A stretch of 64,000 nt of DNA, from positions 19,334-83,333 of IMG/VR virus record IMGVR_UViG_3300034410_000463; one strand, written 5' to 3'. Below, one piece after another: positions 46,662 through 56,711 of the stretch. Below the pieces are notes generated by a model that ran no database searches, had not been told where the DNA came from, and saw only the letters and a program-made list of their open reading frames with translations. The stretch comes from a virus (Duplodnaviria > Caudoviricetes). Each line of letters begins with the position of its first letter. The first letter of the stretch is position 1. Made by a program: the position numbers and the translations under genes.

Positions 46662-46690
46662 ATTATAAACCAACCAGATACCAATGTCAA
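46662..46690 (-). promoter_or_regulatory. sigma70 early promoter
   Basis: TTGACA-N17-TATAAT. Confidence 0.82.
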
Positions 46691-46693
46691 CAG

Positions 46694-46927
46694 TTATTTT
46701 ATATTATTTAGTAAGTTTTTAAGGCGCCAGAGGAGGGTTTTTGTCTCTACAGTGTCAGTCCAGCAGTCCTCTTGTGATGTAATATCATGTAGAATCTCCT
46801 TAAGCATGGTGTTCTCCTGCCTCAGAGCGTCATTATCTCTGAGAGCAGACTGTTTAGCCTTCTTATGCTCATCTATTTCTAGATTAAGATTTTGTACTGT
46901 TCTTTCGTTTATTTTTAGCTTTGGCAT
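46694..46927 (-). CDS. Small coiled-coil protein
   Basis: MPKLKINE...; overlaps the end of the upstream gene. Confidence 0.45.
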   Translation of the reverse strand: MPKLKINERTVQNLNLEIDEHKKAKQSALRDNDALRQENTMLKEILHDITSQEDCWTDTVETKTLLWRLKNLLNNIK

Positions 46928-48482
46928 TTTTCTTTCCGTATTTTTCAAAGAATGCGTAATCACTCACATATGCGCGTTTAATAAATTCTATTTGTTCCTC
47001 AGTAAAATCATCTACTGTAATCTCTTTATTAGTTACGTTATGTGCTACACCAATATCAAAGTACTTATTAACATCTTCACGTTTTACTACTTCAATGTCT
47101 GTAAAGTTTTCAGTATCGACAAATCTACACTGGGGGTGGAAATGATGTACTTGATGTCCACCAGTAATCTTGTTTAGATTACGGAAGAATAAATCAATCT
47201 TTTCTTCTTTTGAAAGCGTATCTAAATCTTTATCAAAGCTTTTAAAAATGTCTTTACCGTAATCGTAATATCTTTGCTTTTTAGTAATATAAACATTAAT
47301 CAAAGATATGAACCTATCAACTGGATCAGTAAAGATCATGATAGGCTTTTTATTCTCTTCAATGAACCGCTTATACAAACGAGTTCCACGCATTACTTGC
47401 TTACGACCAGGAAAGCTTTCCTTAATTGTTACTGAACAAGACCGCGGTACTTCAAACCAAAGCTTTTCATTATCATCTTCAAGATCATACATCAATGGCC
47501 AATCTAACTTTTGGCACCAATAACAATTGCAATCATTGAATGCGTACGTTGAATTAATATCTACTTCAGGCAATAAGAAGTCTTTAACAAACGGCGTTTC
47601 AAAAATCAGTTCGGGTAGTTCAGAATGAGGATACCTTTTAAGAATATGATCAGTATTAGAATCAGGTGCAACATTACCTTCAACTGGTTCGGTAGTATCT
47701 ACGAATTGTTTATAATCTGCGTATCCACCTTCACTATGCCATTTAAAGCTATCGAATGCGTGAGCAAACGAATCAGCTTTTGTTTGACGTTGTTGAGTTG
47801 ATCCCATCCAAGCAAAGTGCCAACCCATATCTTCTTGAATAACTCCGTCGTGAGTTGGAAATCTTACCGGCAGAGAAATGTTACCACAACGTAGATTACT
47901 TAACTTAAATGTTTGAGCTTGTTCTTTTGTCGCAAAGAACATAGCACGTTTCCATATAACTGGTTCACCATTACGATGATGGATACGTAGATCAGCTCGA
48001 CCTTGTAAATATACAAGTGGAATTTTAACAATTAAGTTTGGGTGATTGTATGTCTGTTTTGCAAGCCAATGAATGTGTTTAGGATTAATGACTTCGTCAG
48101 CATCACCATAAATGAATACGTCGCGCTGATCAAATTCAGTCATACCCATCATAACAGCATCTTTTTGTAGACGTTCTCTTACTCGTGCATATAATGATTC
48201 TCTATTATTAGCGTTTACACCAGCATTCTTTCTATCAATATCAAGTATTTCAAGATCTTCCGTTTCTGGAATATCATGTTCTATGTAGATAATCTTTTCA
48301 ATAGGAAGGCCAAGCTTACGAGCAACTTCAGGAAACTTACGTTCTACTGGTTTACCAGCATGAGTCTTATTTGACTCAACAATAATAAACTTATCTACAT
48401 GATCTTTTAATAGGTTTACACGTAAATAAAGTAACTCTTCTCCGTAGGGAGCGAACCAGGGAAAACAATCTACTACTTTCAT
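46884..48482 (-). CDS. GT17 (MGAT3-like) glycosyltransferase fused to a sulfotransferase-like domain
   Basis: VDCF, LLYLRV, VDKFIIVES, GDADE, GWHFAW; C-terminal FEVPRSCSVTI, FTDPVDRFIS, HFHPQ. Confidence 0.75.
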   Translation of the reverse strand: MKVVDCFPWFAPYGEELLYLRVNLLKDHVDKFIIVESNKTHAGKPVERKFPEVARKLGLPIEKIIYIEHDIPETEDLEILDIDRKNAGVNANNRESLYARVRERLQKDAVMMGMTEFDQRDVFIYGDADEVINPKHIHWLAKQTYNHPNLIVKIPLVYLQGRADLRIHHRNGEPVIWKRAMFFATKEQAQTFKLSNLRCGNISLPVRFPTHDGVIQEDMGWHFAWMGSTQQRQTKADSFAHAFDSFKWHSEGGYADYKQFVDTTEPVEGNVAPDSNTDHILKRYPHSELPELIFETPFVKDFLLPEVDINSTYAFNDCNCYWCQKLDWPLMYDLEDDNEKLWFEVPRSCSVTIKESFPGRKQVMRGTRLYKRFIEENKKPIMIFTDPVDRFISLINVYITKKQRYYDYGKDIFKSFDKDLDTLSKEEKIDLFFRNLNKITGGHQVHHFHPQCRFVDTENFTDIEVVKREDVNKYFDIGVAHNVTNKEITVDDFTEEQIEFIKRAYVSDYAFFEKYGKKNAKAKNKRKNSTKS

Positions 48483-48483
48483 T

Positions 48484-49071
48484 CTACTTCCTTCTTTCCA
48501 ATATGGTTAAACCATTACAATTAGTCTTATGCTTCTTAAACTGCCAGTGAGGATTTGCAATTACAAAGTCAATTACTGCTGGAAGTAAACCTTGACCAGC
48601 GATTGCTTTGCGGTCAGGATTTGCAGCCCAATCAACTTGCTCATCTCTTACGCCATATGTATGTGTATCATGGAATGCAAGATATTTACGAGCAGCATTA
48701 CCGTGCAGCTTAAGTTCTTCTCTTAATTGCTGTTGGCTATGCCATGTATCAATAAAGATTAGATCGGTTGGTTCAATAAGAATATTAAGCGTGTTTGCTT
48801 TTGTATATTCTACATCTTTACCAACCTTCTTAGCAATCTTAAATAGATCATTCAATGGATTATGAATTTCAAGATCATATGCTCTTAAAGTTACTTGAGC
48901 TTTTAAGAATGCTTTTGTGCTTGCTCCAAACCTACTACCAAACTCAGTGACATGTGTACAATCTTCGGCTAATGTTAATAGATCATGCAAATGTTCATCA
49001 ATATCAGTTTTAGTATTCTTTTCTTGCTGATAATGCCTTTCTATCAGCTCATTCCATTCACTCATATTCAT
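48484..49071 (-). CDS. Class I SAM-dependent methyltransferase
   Basis: VTEFGSRFGAST, DLIFIDTWH, LAFHDT, NCNGLTIL. Confidence 0.85.
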   Translation of the reverse strand: MNMSEWNELIERHYQQEKNTKTDIDEHLHDLLTLAEDCTHVTEFGSRFGASTKAFLKAQVTLRAYDLEIHNPLNDLFKIAKKVGKDVEYTKANTLNILIEPTDLIFIDTWHSQQQLREELKLHGNAARKYLAFHDTHTYGVRDEQVDWAANPDRKAIAGQGLLPAVIDFVIANPHWQFKKHKTNCNGLTILERRK

Positions 49072-50093
49072 ACGTCAAGCCACCTTGTATTTTCTAATGT
49101 CCAAGTTACAACTTCAGCGATACGTTGATCAACTGGTTTCGGGGTCCATCCCATCTGTGCCATTCTGTCACCAGAGAGAGCATAGCGCAAGTCATGACCA
49201 GGGCGAGAGCTGTGGAAATCCATGAATTCATATTTTAACTCCTTGCCTTGTGCGTCGGCAATCATTTGTGCGAGTTGTAAGTTATTCAATTCAGTCGCAC
49301 CGCAGATATTGAACTTAGGACATTTAACGCCTGAATTATTTTCAACGTTAAGAGTATCAGTATGTTCTAATAGGAACAGTGTAGCATCCGCAACATCTTC
49401 AGCATGAATATAATGTCGTGATCCTGGAATTGTTTTTGTTTCATCACTATGAATCGTTACTGTACCACCGTCGCGTACATTACGAATAGTCATAGGAATA
49501 AACTTTTCAGGATGTTGACGTTCACCAAACACGTTCATAGTATGCGTAATATAAATTGGCATATCATATGTGTTTTGATAAGCTACACAAAGTTCTTCAC
49601 CACCTGCTTTTGAAGCAGAATATGGATTAGTAGAATTATAACGATCATACTCGTCGTACTTAACATCATCAGGAGCAGGACCAAAGACTTCATCTGTTGA
49701 GAAGTATAGGAACCTTTCCAAGTTAGGTTGTTTACGAGCAAGTTCTAGAATATTACACGTACCAACGACGTTATCCATTACAAATTCCATTGGATGGTCA
49801 ATTGAACGATCTACGTGAGAGCCTGCTGCCAAATGAGCAACAATATCAACGTCACCAATATCTGCTAAGAGCATTGGATTAAATTCTGCTTTTAAATCGT
49901 GAAAGATTGTACGAAGACGTGAACGTTCTTCAGGGGTGCGATCTTGTAAAAGATCATGTAATCTGTTTAGGTTACCACTATAATCTAAACGATCTACAGT
50001 AACGATATCCCAATCAGTTCTTTTGAGTACCTGGTTGATTAAGTGATGGGCAATAAAGCCACCGCCACCAGTGATAAGTATTTTCTTAGCCAT
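49068..50093 (-). CDS. NDP-sugar 4,6-dehydratase (RmlB-like)
   Basis: ITGGGGFI, DRLDYSG, HLAAGSHVDRSI, STDEVFG, YSASKA, SRPGHDLRY; ATG 50093. Confidence 0.9.
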   Translation of the reverse strand: MAKKILITGGGGFIAHHLINQVLKRTDWDIVTVDRLDYSGNLNRLHDLLQDRTPEERSRLRTIFHDLKAEFNPMLLADIGDVDIVAHLAAGSHVDRSIDHPMEFVMDNVVGTCNILELARKQPNLERFLYFSTDEVFGPAPDDVKYDEYDRYNSTNPYSASKAGGEELCVAYQNTYDMPIYITHTMNVFGERQHPEKFIPMTIRNVRDGGTVTIHSDETKTIPGSRHYIHAEDVADATLFLLEHTDTLNVENNSGVKCPKFNICGATELNNLQLAQMIADAQGKELKYEFMDFHSSRPGHDLRYALSGDRMAQMGWTPKPVDQRIAEVVTWTLENTRWLDV

Positions 50094-50127
50094 TATATCT
50101 CCGTCATCAATAACATTGTAAAGTAGT

Positions 50128-50153
50128 CTCAATAGCCCCGAAGAGCTATTGAG
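50128..50153 (-). other. 11-bp leader stem-loop with cUUCGg loop, no U-tract
   Basis: CTCAATAGCTC-TTCG-GGGCTATTGAG, between late promoter and RBS. Confidence 0.75.
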
Positions 50154-50165
50154 TGTTGTTACGTT

Positions 50166-50173
50166 TATTTATA
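50166..50173 (-). promoter_or_regulatory. T4-type late promoter for the glycan operon
   Basis: TATAAATA just after the porin stop codon. Confidence 0.65.
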
Positions 50174-50175
50174 AT

Positions 50176-51132
50176 CTAAAACAAGTATTCGATTGTAGCC
50201 TTAAAGCTGTTATCAAACTTTCTATTTCCGTATGGTCCTTCCATCGCTTTATTTTGATGGTAGTATAATCCATATCTCATTGGTCCTTTTGGATCTGGTG
50301 TATATAAAGCACCATAGTAATTAAACGTCAAGCCAACATCGTCATCTTCAACTCTGTGTGCTGTAAGCATTACTTCTTTACTATGAATATACATTATACC
50401 ATAATCTTTACGAATGTTTCCACCATCATCAAATTGTTCATATCCAATCGATACAGGAATCCTGAATGGGAAAAGAGATAAACCAGCTGAATAACCAACC
50501 TGTTTGTCTTTACCATTAGTATCAATCTGCATGTAAGATAGATCTAAAATAAATGCACGAACTGTAGCACCAGCATAAGTAGTTTCTGTCTCTGGTTCAT
50601 AACCAACAACACCACCAAATGGTAGGCCACCACGTTTCATGCGATATTCATTAAATTTAAACTCATTATTATTTTGCCAATTACCAAACGTAACGACAAC
50701 TTTTTCTTTATGGTCAATACGAGAGTTTGGTTCGATAACAATTACTGGTGCTCCAATTTTAGATGTTTTTGCAAAACCTAAACGTTGAGCATCTGTTTCA
50801 CCAATATAAACTCTTGTGTTTGTTCCTTTAATACCAAAGCCCATTTGTTTCTCTAGGACTGAGTTATCTTTTGTACGATCTAACATATAGGTAGTATCGT
50901 ATCTTGCTCCTGCTCCAACCCAATCAATAGGGCCGTGATCATTTAGTTTCTTTTGAAAGCCCGCGAATACTTCACCACGTGTATCAATATCGCCTTCTGG
51001 CCATTCGTCATCAATATATACTTCTAATTCACCATTAATATAAAAACCAGTTTCTTCTTCTTTTACTTCTTCAGCAAAAGCTGTTGTCGCCATAAGCGTC
51101 ATGCACAATAGTGCGCTATTTAAAAATTTCAT
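50176..51132 (-). CDS. Outer-membrane beta-barrel porin-like protein
   Basis: Signal peptide ending ATTAFA; amphipathic strands; C-terminal FKATIEYLF. Confidence 0.75.
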   Translation of the reverse strand: MKFLNSALLCMTLMATTAFAEEVKEEETGFYINGELEVYIDDEWPEGDIDTRGEVFAGFQKKLNDHGPIDWVGAGARYDTTYMLDRTKDNSVLEKQMGFGIKGTNTRVYIGETDAQRLGFAKTSKIGAPVIVIEPNSRIDHKEKVVVTFGNWQNNNEFKFNEYRMKRGGLPFGGVVGYEPETETTYAGATVRAFILDLSYMQIDTNGKDKQVGYSAGLSLFPFRIPVSIGYEQFDDGGNIRKDYGIMYIHSKEVMLTAHRVEDDDVGLTFNYYGALYTPDPKGPMRYGLYYHQNKAMEGPYGNRKFDNSFKATIEYLF

Positions 51133-51192
51133 TTCCTTATAACCTGTAATGCGTCTCTTCCCAGAGACTTCTGTTAAAATCTTAGAGAATTG

Positions 51193-51612
51193 TTACTTCA
51201 ACCAGCCAATCTTTTCGCCAGCTGCAATTCGTCTTTCAGCTTCCTTTTTTGAGCCAGGATAACGTGTCGCCCAAAGTATAATCAATCCAAACGTAATCGC
51301 CATGTAAATAGTAGCTTTAACGTTTGCAAGGGTAAAGAAAAATACTACTAATGAAGTTGACATAACTGCAACCATTAGGTATTTTGCTTTAGTGGGATAT
51401 ACACGATATGTCCCCCATTCTTTAATGAAAGGACCAAACCGTGGGTGGTTTAAAATCCAAGCATGAAATCTTTCATTTGATTTTGCGAAGCAGAAAGTAG
51501 CTCCTAAGATTGGTGTACTCCAAGGAAGACCTGGAAGAAGTACGCCTAGATAAGCGACTCCTAATAAGATAATCCCTAAGCAAAACCAAAATGCTTTTTT
51601 AATTTTATTCAT
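51193..51612 (-). CDS. ybaN: YbaN/DUF454 inner membrane protein
   Basis: GVLLPGLPWSTP, FAKSNERFHAWILNHPRFGPFIKEW. Confidence 0.88.
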   Translation of the reverse strand: MNKIKKAFWFCLGIILLGVAYLGVLLPGLPWSTPILGATFCFAKSNERFHAWILNHPRFGPFIKEWGTYRVYPTKAKYLMVAVMSTSLVVFFFTLANVKATIYMAITFGLIILWATRYPGSKKEAERRIAAGEKIGWLK

Positions 51613-51628
51613 TGTTTTTCCTTTATTA

Positions 51629-51979
51629 TTATAGTGCTGTAACTTTATCCATGTCAAAATTAATACTAATTCCGCATCCACATTCTGACGCGACGTTAGG
51701 ATTTCTCAATTCAAAATGTTGATTAAAAACATTTCTTATATAGTCAATTTCAGTTCCAGCCAAATATGCTTGCGCATCTTTATGTACGGCCAATATACCA
51801 GTATCACATTGAATTAAAAAGTAATCTGTATCTTTGACTTCTTCTTTTTGTGCAACCTTCCAATCGTATTCGAATCCGCCACAACCTCCACCTTTAATAT
51901 CTAAAGTAACGGCGTAGCAATCATGTTCTTGGCAGAGTTCGCTTACTTTAAGGTTAGCGTTTCCTGTAACAGTAATCAT
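51629..51979 (-). CDS. iscA: HesB/IscA A-type Fe-S carrier
   Basis: [28 protein letters not shown]. Confidence 0.92.
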   Translation of the reverse strand: MITVTGNANLKVSELCQEHDCYAVTLDIKGGGCGGFEYDWKVAQKEEVKDTDYFLIQCDTGILAVHKDAQAYLAGTEIDYIRNVFNQHFELRNPNVASECGCGISINFDMDKVTAL

Positions 51980-53166
51980 TCTAATACCTCTTTTAATGCT
52001 TGCACTAACTGGATCATCATCACATCGTCGTGATAAGGAGTAGGTGCAATTCTTAATCTTTCAGTACCAGCCTGAACGGTTGGACTGTTAATAGGTTGAA
52101 TGTAAATTCCAAACTCGTTTAATAAACGATCACTTGCTTCTTTACATTTAAAAGCATCGTTAATCATTACTGGTACGATATGAGTACACGCATTTTTGTG
52201 TACTGGTATATTTGCTTCGGCCAGCATATGCTTTAACTTTATTGCTCTTTCTTGCTGTTTGTCTCTCAAATGTGGATTATCACGTAAGTACCTGATTGAA
52301 GCCAAAGCTCCTGCACAGATTATTGGACTGGTTGACGTTGTAAAAATAAATCCAGAAGCAACACATCTAATGGCATCAATAATATTACTGTTACCTGCGA
52401 TGTATCCACCTTGAACACCAAACGCCTTTCCTAACGTTCCATTAAGAATATCAATCCTATGAGACAATCCTAACATTTGACAATAACCACCGCCAGTATC
52501 TCCATAGAGGCCAACGGCATGTACTTCATCAATATAGGTCATTGCCTTATATTTATCTGCTAAATCACAGATGGCTTGAATTGGACTAATATCTCCGTCC
52601 ATTGAATATACGCTTTCAAAAACAATAACAGGAATTTGATCATTCATCTGGCATGTCTGTAACGCCAGTTCAAGTTCGTCCATATTATTATGTTCGAAAA
52701 TCATTTTAGGTGCTTTACTGTGATTGATTCCAACAATTAATGAAGCATGATTTTTAGAATCTGATATAAAACAAATATTAGGAATGATTCTACTTAAAGC
52801 AATAAGCGACCATTCATTTGCAACATAAGCGCTTGTGAATAATAAAGCACCTTCTGTTTGGTGTAAAGAAGCAAGTTCTTTTTCTAATGTAACGTGATAA
52901 TGTGTATTACCACCAATATTGCGAGTACCACCTGAACCAGATCCTGTTTGATCTAATGCGCTGTGCATTGCACTTACGACATATTCATTTTGACCTTGGC
53001 CAAGATAATCATTTGAACACCAGTTAATAATATTCTTTGGTGCATATTTGCCGTACCAAATTGAGCGAGGAAAATCTCCACGCTCTCTTAGTATATCGTT
53101 GAATACTCTGTATCGACCATCATTTTTATATTCATCAATTTTACGATCAAAGTACTCATTGTACAT
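51976..53166 (-). CDS. hemA: 5-aminolevulinate synthase (Shemin C4 pathway)
   Basis: [52 protein letters not shown]. Confidence 0.93.
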   Translation of the reverse strand: MYNEYFDRKIDEYKNDGRYRVFNDILRERGDFPRSIWYGKYAPKNIINWCSNDYLGQGQNEYVVSAMHSALDQTGSGSGGTRNIGGNTHYHVTLEKELASLHQTEGALLFTSAYVANEWSLIALSRIIPNICFISDSKNHASLIVGINHSKAPKMIFEHNNMDELELALQTCQMNDQIPVIVFESVYSMDGDISPIQAICDLADKYKAMTYIDEVHAVGLYGDTGGGYCQMLGLSHRIDILNGTLGKAFGVQGGYIAGNSNIIDAIRCVASGFIFTTSTSPIICAGALASIRYLRDNPHLRDKQQERAIKLKHMLAEANIPVHKNACTHIVPVMINDAFKCKEASDRLLNEFGIYIQPINSPTVQAGTERLRIAPTPYHDDVMMIQLVQALKEVLE

Positions 53167-54293
53167 TATAGACTAAACCCCTTAAACGTATCGGCGGCAA
53201 CATCTTGTTTAGTACCACCTTGTACATAAGATGTAATTTCTGTTTCCTGAGGCGCAACCTGCACCTCTGCTCCTGATATCCATTTTTGAGTCCAAGGCAA
53301 TGGATTATTTTTAATGCTATATGGTGATTGTAGTTTAACATTTGTCATACGACGAGTAGCAATAAACTCAATATATTGCTGTAGTAACTCTGCATTCAAA
53401 CCAATCATAGAACCATCTTTAAACAGATATTCTGCCCAAGCTTTTTCTTGGTTTACTGCGTCAACAAACATTTGTACACATTCTGCTTCTGTTTCCTTTG
53501 CAATCTTTTCAAAGTCTTTGTCTTCTTTTCTAATAAGCTTAAGCATCAATTGAGTAGAAGCAAGGTGAATGTTTTCGTCACGAGCAATTAACTTAATAAT
53601 CTTAGCGTTACCTTCCATTTTCTTTAATTCGGCGAATGCCCAAGAACATGCGAATGAAACATAGAAACGTACACCCTCAAGAATATTAACACTCATCAAT
53701 GTGAGATATAACAATTTCTTAAGTTCATACATGTCAACTTTTACTTTCTTACCATTAACAGTATGTGTACCTTCACCAAGAAGATTATAGTAACCAGTCA
53801 TTTCAATTAGACGATCGTAATAGCCTGAGATAGAATCTGCACAATCGACGATTTCTTTTACATTCAACATCTCATCAAAAATCTTAGATGGATTAGAATA
53901 AATGTTACGAATAATATGTGTATATGAACGACTATGGATTGTTTCTGAAAAAGTCCAAGTAATAATCCAATTCTCTAGTTCTGGTAAAGAAACAATAGAA
54001 CCAAAGCTTTCAGCTGGTGCACGACCTTGTACACTATCTAATAGAATTTGCCGCTTAAGGTTACTTGTAAAAATGTGTTGCTCGTGTTCAGTAAGACCTT
54101 TAAAGTCTTTAGCATCTTGGTAGATGTCTACTTCTTCAGGGCGCCAAAAGAAGCCAAGCTGCTTGTCGGTTAATTGATCAAATTGTTTATACTTTAATGT
54201 ATCATATCTTTGAATTGTCGGACCTCCTGTTGGATCCAAAAAAGATGCAACGGATGTGTGGTCAACACGGTTGTTTACGTCAAAAACGCTCAT
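53166..54293 (-). CDS. nrdB: Ribonucleotide reductase class Ia beta subunit
   Basis: [41 protein letters not shown]. Confidence 0.97.
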   Translation of the reverse strand: MSVFDVNNRVDHTSVASFLDPTGGPTIQRYDTLKYKQFDQLTDKQLGFFWRPEEVDIYQDAKDFKGLTEHEQHIFTSNLKRQILLDSVQGRAPAESFGSIVSLPELENWIITWTFSETIHSRSYTHIIRNIYSNPSKIFDEMLNVKEIVDCADSISGYYDRLIEMTGYYNLLGEGTHTVNGKKVKVDMYELKKLLYLTLMSVNILEGVRFYVSFACSWAFAELKKMEGNAKIIKLIARDENIHLASTQLMLKLIRKEDKDFEKIAKETEAECVQMFVDAVNQEKAWAEYLFKDGSMIGLNAELLQQYIEFIATRRMTNVKLQSPYSIKNNPLPWTQKWISGAEVQVAPQETEITSYVQGGTKQDVAADTFKGFSL

Positions 54294-54359
54294 TTGCTAA
54301 TTTCCTTTATATGAGATTTCTTATTATTATACTAACATGTTTTTTGCGGATGTCAACAG

Positions 54360-56678
54360 TTATATGGTGCAGGACTCACATTCACCGTCGTCTTCTTCGC
54401 CTTGTGCTAAAGGTTCTTCAGACATCTTATCAACATCAATTTCACCTTGACCATCATATGTATTGAAGTAATACAATTGCTTGCCGCCGTACTTATAGAA
54501 CATTAGTAGGTGTTGCAATAGTACACTCATTGGAATCTTTTCATCTTCAAAAAATACTGGATTATAACTTGTATTAACAGATATACCTTGGTCGATATAC
54601 TTTTGCAATACTGCCATAATTTTCAAATAGCCTTCGGGAGACTTTTGATCCCATAGTAAATCGTATTTATTCTTTAAGCGTCTATACTCTGGAACTACTT
54701 GCTTAAGAACACCATGCTTAGATTGCTTAACGGAAATCAATGAACGAGGTGGTTCAATACCGTTAGTAGCATTTGCAATTTGAGCTGATGTTTCACTTGG
54801 CATAAGAGCCATTAGTGTAGAATTACGAATACCTGTTTCTTTTAATTGCTCGCGCAATCCTTTCCAATCTTGACGTTCCTTGTGTGGAACCAATTCATCA
54901 AGATCTTTCTTGTAAGTTTGGTTAGGTGTAATACCTGAACCATATTTTGTTTCACAAATACCTGGGATGTTACCTTTTTCAACTGCAAGATTGGCCGAAG
55001 CTTTAATAAGATAATAAGACCATGCTTCAGCATATTCATCAACAAGCTCTAATCCTTCGGTGGTAATATCTTGATATGATAAATCATGCTTAGCCATCCA
55101 ATATGCAAAGTTAATAATACCAACACCAATTGGTCTACGCTTTTCAGTACTTAATTGCGCTGCTAAAATAGGATAGTTTTGATAATCTAATAAAGCATCT
55201 AATCCACGAACTGCAAGATCACAAGCCTTCTCAAAATCTTCTACACAACGTACGTTACCCCAATTGATTGCGCTTAAAGTACAAAGACTAATCTCACCTT
55301 CTGGGTCATTAACATCAGTAAGTGGTTTAGTTGGTAGATCAATTTCTGCACATAAGTTTGACTGGCGAATAGGAGCAAGTTTTGGATCAAACGAACCATG
55401 CTCATTTGCGTTATCAACATTTTGCAAATAGATACGACCTGTGTTTTTACGTTCTTCCATAAAGGAACTAAACAATTCAGCTGCTGGGATTTTCTTTTTA
55501 CGTAATCTTGTATTGCGCTCAGCAGTTTCATATAAACGTCTAAATTCATCTTGGTCGGCATAGAAAGCTTCGTACAAACCAGGAACGTCGCTTGGTGAGA
55601 ACAAAGTAATATCTCCACCAGTAATCAAGCGCTCATACATTACCTTATTAAATTGTACACCGTAATCCATATGCCTAACACGATTATCTTCAGTACCCTT
55701 ATTATTTTTAAGTACTAATAAATCTTCTGCTTCATAATGCCAAATAGGATAATAGATTGTAGCAGCTCCACCGCGTACTCCACCTTGAGAACAAGACTTA
55801 GTAGCAGCTTGGAACATTTTATAAAAAGGAATTATACCTGTGTGGTATGCATCACCTTTACGAATAGGGGTTCCAATAGCTCTGATCGATCCACCCCCGA
55901 TTCCAATTCCTGCTTTTTGTGAAACGTACTTAACAATACTTGAGCTAGTAGCATTGATACTATCAAGGCTGTCGTCAGTCTCAATAAGGACGCAACTACT
56001 GAATTGTCGCTGAGGTGTGCGTACACCAGCCATAACAGGAGTAGGGAGACTAATATCATGTAGACTAATAGCATCATAGTAATCCTTTACGTATTGTAGT
56101 CGTGTTTCCTCGGGATAATCATGAAACAAAGTAGCAGCAATAAGAATGTAACACATTTGTGGCGTTTCAAAGATTTCACCGGTAACTCTGTTTTGACATA
56201 GATATTTACCACGCAATTGCTCCATAGCAACATACGTTAAATCTTCATCACGAGCATGTTTAATAAAACCATCGATCTTACTCCACTCTTCGTCATTATA
56301 GTATGATATTAATTCTGGATCATAGAAACCACGGTCAATATTCTTTTCAACTAACTCTTTAACTGTACATGGAGTATAACCACCATACACTTCTTTACGA
56401 AGACCATAGTTAATTAATCTCCCACCTACGAATTGGTAGTTAGGAGTCTCTTCACTGATAAGATCAGCCGCCGCCTTAATAAGAGTTTCTTGAATTTCTT
56501 TTGAAGTAATACCAGAGAAAAACTGAATCTGACTTTTGATTTCTACTTCTGATGGTGAAACACCGGTTATATCATTACAAGCGTGAAAAACTACTTTGTG
56601 TAACTTATCTACATCCATCGGTTCTTGACTACCATCACGCTTCGTAACTTGTATAATTTGTATCATACTTTCTTTCAT
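54360..56678 (-). CDS. nrdA: Ribonucleotide reductase class Ia alpha subunit
   Basis: ATP cone VTKRDG, QFSSCVL, QSNLCAEI, SLCTLSA, MPSETS, CESCTI. Confidence 0.98.
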   Translation of the reverse strand: MKESMIQIIQVTKRDGSQEPMDVDKLHKVVFHACNDITGVSPSEVEIKSQIQFFSGITSKEIQETLIKAAADLISEETPNYQFVGGRLINYGLRKEVYGGYTPCTVKELVEKNIDRGFYDPELISYYNDEEWSKIDGFIKHARDEDLTYVAMEQLRGKYLCQNRVTGEIFETPQMCYILIAATLFHDYPEETRLQYVKDYYDAISLHDISLPTPVMAGVRTPQRQFSSCVLIETDDSLDSINATSSSIVKYVSQKAGIGIGGGSIRAIGTPIRKGDAYHTGIIPFYKMFQAATKSCSQGGVRGGAATIYYPIWHYEAEDLLVLKNNKGTEDNRVRHMDYGVQFNKVMYERLITGGDITLFSPSDVPGLYEAFYADQDEFRRLYETAERNTRLRKKKIPAAELFSSFMEERKNTGRIYLQNVDNANEHGSFDPKLAPIRQSNLCAEIDLPTKPLTDVNDPEGEISLCTLSAINWGNVRCVEDFEKACDLAVRGLDALLDYQNYPILAAQLSTEKRRPIGVGIINFAYWMAKHDLSYQDITTEGLELVDEYAEAWSYYLIKASANLAVEKGNIPGICETKYGSGITPNQTYKKDLDELVPHKERQDWKGLREQLKETGIRNSTLMALMPSETSAQIANATNGIEPPRSLISVKQSKHGVLKQVVPEYRRLKNKYDLLWDQKSPEGYLKIMAVLQKYIDQGISVNTSYNPVFFEDEKIPMSVLLQHLLMFYKYGGKQLYYFNTYDGQGEIDVDKMSEEPLAQGEEDDGECESCTI

Positions 56679-56711
56679 CCTTTAGCTTATAATATACTTT
56701 ATCTGGTTCTT

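Noticed and set aside
51144-51196. Possible Pho box or Fur/Irr box upstream of the porin
   Set aside because: Half-sites are not at 11-bp spacing and there is no convincing inverted repeat
54326-54356. sigma70 promoter between nrdA and nrdB
   Set aside because: TTGACA is present but -10 spacing is 16 or 19 nt; not called
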